Positions 61,733-64,000 of a DNA stretch of 64,000 nt are shown here, piece by piece. The number at the start of each line of letters is the position of its first letter. Position 1 is the first letter of the stretch. The notes beneath the pieces were generated by a model, which ran no database searches, had not been told where the DNA came from, and saw only the letters and a list, made by a program, of their open reading frames with translations. A program made the position numbers and the translations under genes. Where the stretch lies: NCBI GenBank assembly GCA_002269645.1, contig NIVC01002429.1, positions 62,001-126,000 on the forward strand, given 5' to 3'. Source of the DNA: Macrostomum lignano (Eukaryota).

Positions 61733-62389
61733 CCGCATTCGCTCCTCTCTGTCGTGAAACTCCTGCCTCGCTTCGGCTTCTCGCGTCTGGCGGTCGTAGA
61801 ACCAGTCGGAGAATTTGACAGGCGACGGGGGCCCATTCGACGGTGGCGAGAACTGGCGCGGCAGTGACTGCACCGTCGCTCGGTGCGGCGATTTCGGTGC
61901 GGCTCTGCTGGCCGGCTGCGTCTCAGCCTCGTCGCCGCCGTCTTTACCGACCACGCCACCATTCTCGGGCTTCGCGGCCAAGTATCGCTTCTTCAAAGAA
62001 GCCCATCTGTCGGCGTAGTTAATATTGTCTTGCTTGCGGAGGAAATCATACCGACTCATTGTGGCCGCCTTTTTAATATTGCCCGGCTTTGGTGGCGCCT
62101 GGTGCATGCTCTGGGACCTAGTCACAGTAATGGTCTCGGTGACCTCCGATGGCACCTCTGTTGCTGTCTTATCCGCATCCGGTTGACTCGGTGACTCGAT
62201 AGTTATCTGAGGTGTCACGCGCACTTGTTTGTTGTCTACAGTCTTACTGGCCGCAGGTGTGGGAGTCCGATCATTTTCACCGGTTTTCGAGCTAGCCTTC
62301 GGCTCAGGAGCATTGCTCTTTCCGCTTTTGCCGCCCGGCTTTGCAGCATCCTTGTTCTTCTTCTTGCGTCGACCGAAACAGCCCAGCAT
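61733..62389 (-). CDS. Multi-IQ acidic protein, first coding exon (MLGCFGRRKKK...)
   Basis: ATG at 62389; donor CGG|GTGAGG at 61732 gives phase 0 matching exon 60394; 219 aa, with an N-terminal Cys followed by a polybasic stretch. Confidence 0.75.
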
Positions 62390-64000
62390 AGTTTGGCTTT
62401 AGACGAATTTCGTTGCCTCGTGCCTTTGTTAAGAGAATGAAGCTCTATGGAGAGCGCAAAGATCACCTGTCGATTGATGAGTAAATAGCGTCAGAAAATG
62501 CTGCCAACCTAGCCGCAGAAGAGGCTGCGCGCCGAGCTTAGCAACAAGAAATCAAGATGGGGTTGCTTGCCACTCGCCGCTAGCGCACTAGAGCCTGGTG
62601 TACAATGCCGGCATCCAGCCAGGCCAGCCAATGACGAACAAGGAACCGAGAACTGACGTTATCGTAGAGGAGATATCGCACACACAATGAACGATTAGCT
62701 TGTTGCCAAACTGACTGGACAGGAGCAGTGACAAAGCGCTTGCGCCAAAGCTAAAATTCTGCGCAAATTTGCAGACAGCCACCCGGCTGAGGAGGGCTTA
62801 CAGTCCAGGCAGAAGGAAAGTGTTTCACTACCTCTTCTAGTGCAGCTCTTTCCCTGCAACCAACGCGAGCTGAGCAAAGTGGGGCGGGTGCAGCGCTTTA
62901 CTGTCTTCTGCTTTGGAACTCCTCTTCTTTTGCTTTGGCTTCTGTCTTCTGGTTGTGTCTTCTGCTTTTTTATAAAAAAAGTCGAACCAGCAGACCAATA
63001 TGCAGCGTTCCGCAGAGCAGTTGAGTTGAATTGGCAAGAGCGGTTTGCTCCTGGGGCTCCGAATGAAGCGTTCTTCTTCTCTGTCTCTCTCTATTCTCTT
63101 TTTAGTTCTTGTTTGTGCAAATTTGTACAGCTCTGTTCTCTCACACACTCCGCTCTCTCCTCTCTCTCTCCTTGCATGCTTGTAGAACTCGATCTATGCC
63201 CAGCGACCAGTGGTGTAGGTGCTGCGCTGCGGTCTTCTTGGGAGGCGAGGGAGGATGGGTTGGCGCCGGCCAAGTGCGCCGGTACTGCGCAATAAAGAAC
63301 TCAAGGTCTCGGAGGGGGCCCAGCCCGGTATATACCAGCCTCACCTCGCAGTCACAGCTCGTACTTGCCAGCCCGTTTCTAAGTGTCCATTTATACAAGA
63401 TACGCATTAGTGTATATAGCCAACGCTTTAATTAGAATTCACTTTGAGCCCAGGGCTGCAAGACAGCATGAATTGGAAGTTGGAACAGATACGTATTATA
63501 TACAGGCGTATAGCTATTTTTCACAATATTAACGAGCTGTAATAATGAGTAGGTGGGGCTAAGTACAAGCTTAACAGCTGCACTGGCTAAACTGTCGATC
63601 CATTGTGTATTCTATTGTATATTAGTGATCAACTGTCCGAGTAATACGAATGAAATCGACGAGGAAATTCTATTGTACGTTTAATGAACAATTCCTTTTT
63701 ATGTGTAGTTCTCTGACTAAATTACATGTACGAATTCAGATATTCGAATAACTCAGACTAGACACTCCGAGATTCAAGAGATTTATTAGTTTAAGGTGGA
63801 AGGAATAATTCGTTTGGTAGGTAATTAATTATGTGTTTTTGAGTCTGCATGGAGTGACATGGAGTGAAAATGACAATGCTTATAAAAAAACTCGCCAAAC
63901 TGTGTTTTTGATAATAGCTATTTTAGTAGCGTGAGTAACAGCAGTTGTTGTTGTCCCAGAATAATAGACTACATAGCACAGAGCCGCAGGCTATGGGAGG

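Overview
Eukaryotic (animal) genomic DNA: spliced genes with GT-AG introns, GC-rich exons, AT-rich spacers, and roughly a third of the window in unrelated tandem arrays. This style would fit a free-living flatworm such as Macrostomum, but that is inference only. Genes reconstructed by hand from phase-consistent splice sites: (1) aryl hydrocarbon receptor/spineless orthologue, minus strand, coding exons 13779-13715 and 1934-1726, running off the left edge; (2) intronless 1022-aa orphan ORF, plus, 19100-22168; (3) Bcl-2-family (Bcl-G/BCL2L12-like) gene, minus, 29219-28641 and 27966-27226; (4) CDC42 small effector (CRIB) gene, plus, 36256-39515; (5) divergent PEX19-domain gene ending in CAIL, minus, about 48.8-47.09 kb; (6) a large acidic gene with 10 IQ motifs (PEP-19/neurogranin/GAP-43-like), minus, 62389-51041, with candidate alternative first and last exons. 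Mobile elements: an intact-looking Chapaev-type (CMC) DNA transposon (33628-35930), a hAT MITE with a perfect 8-bp TSD (32533-33503), and a second hAT MITE family whose copies carry internal AG-rich tracts. Most long ORFs in the supplied track are artefacts of tandem repeats. No rRNA, tRNA or CRISPR array is supported.
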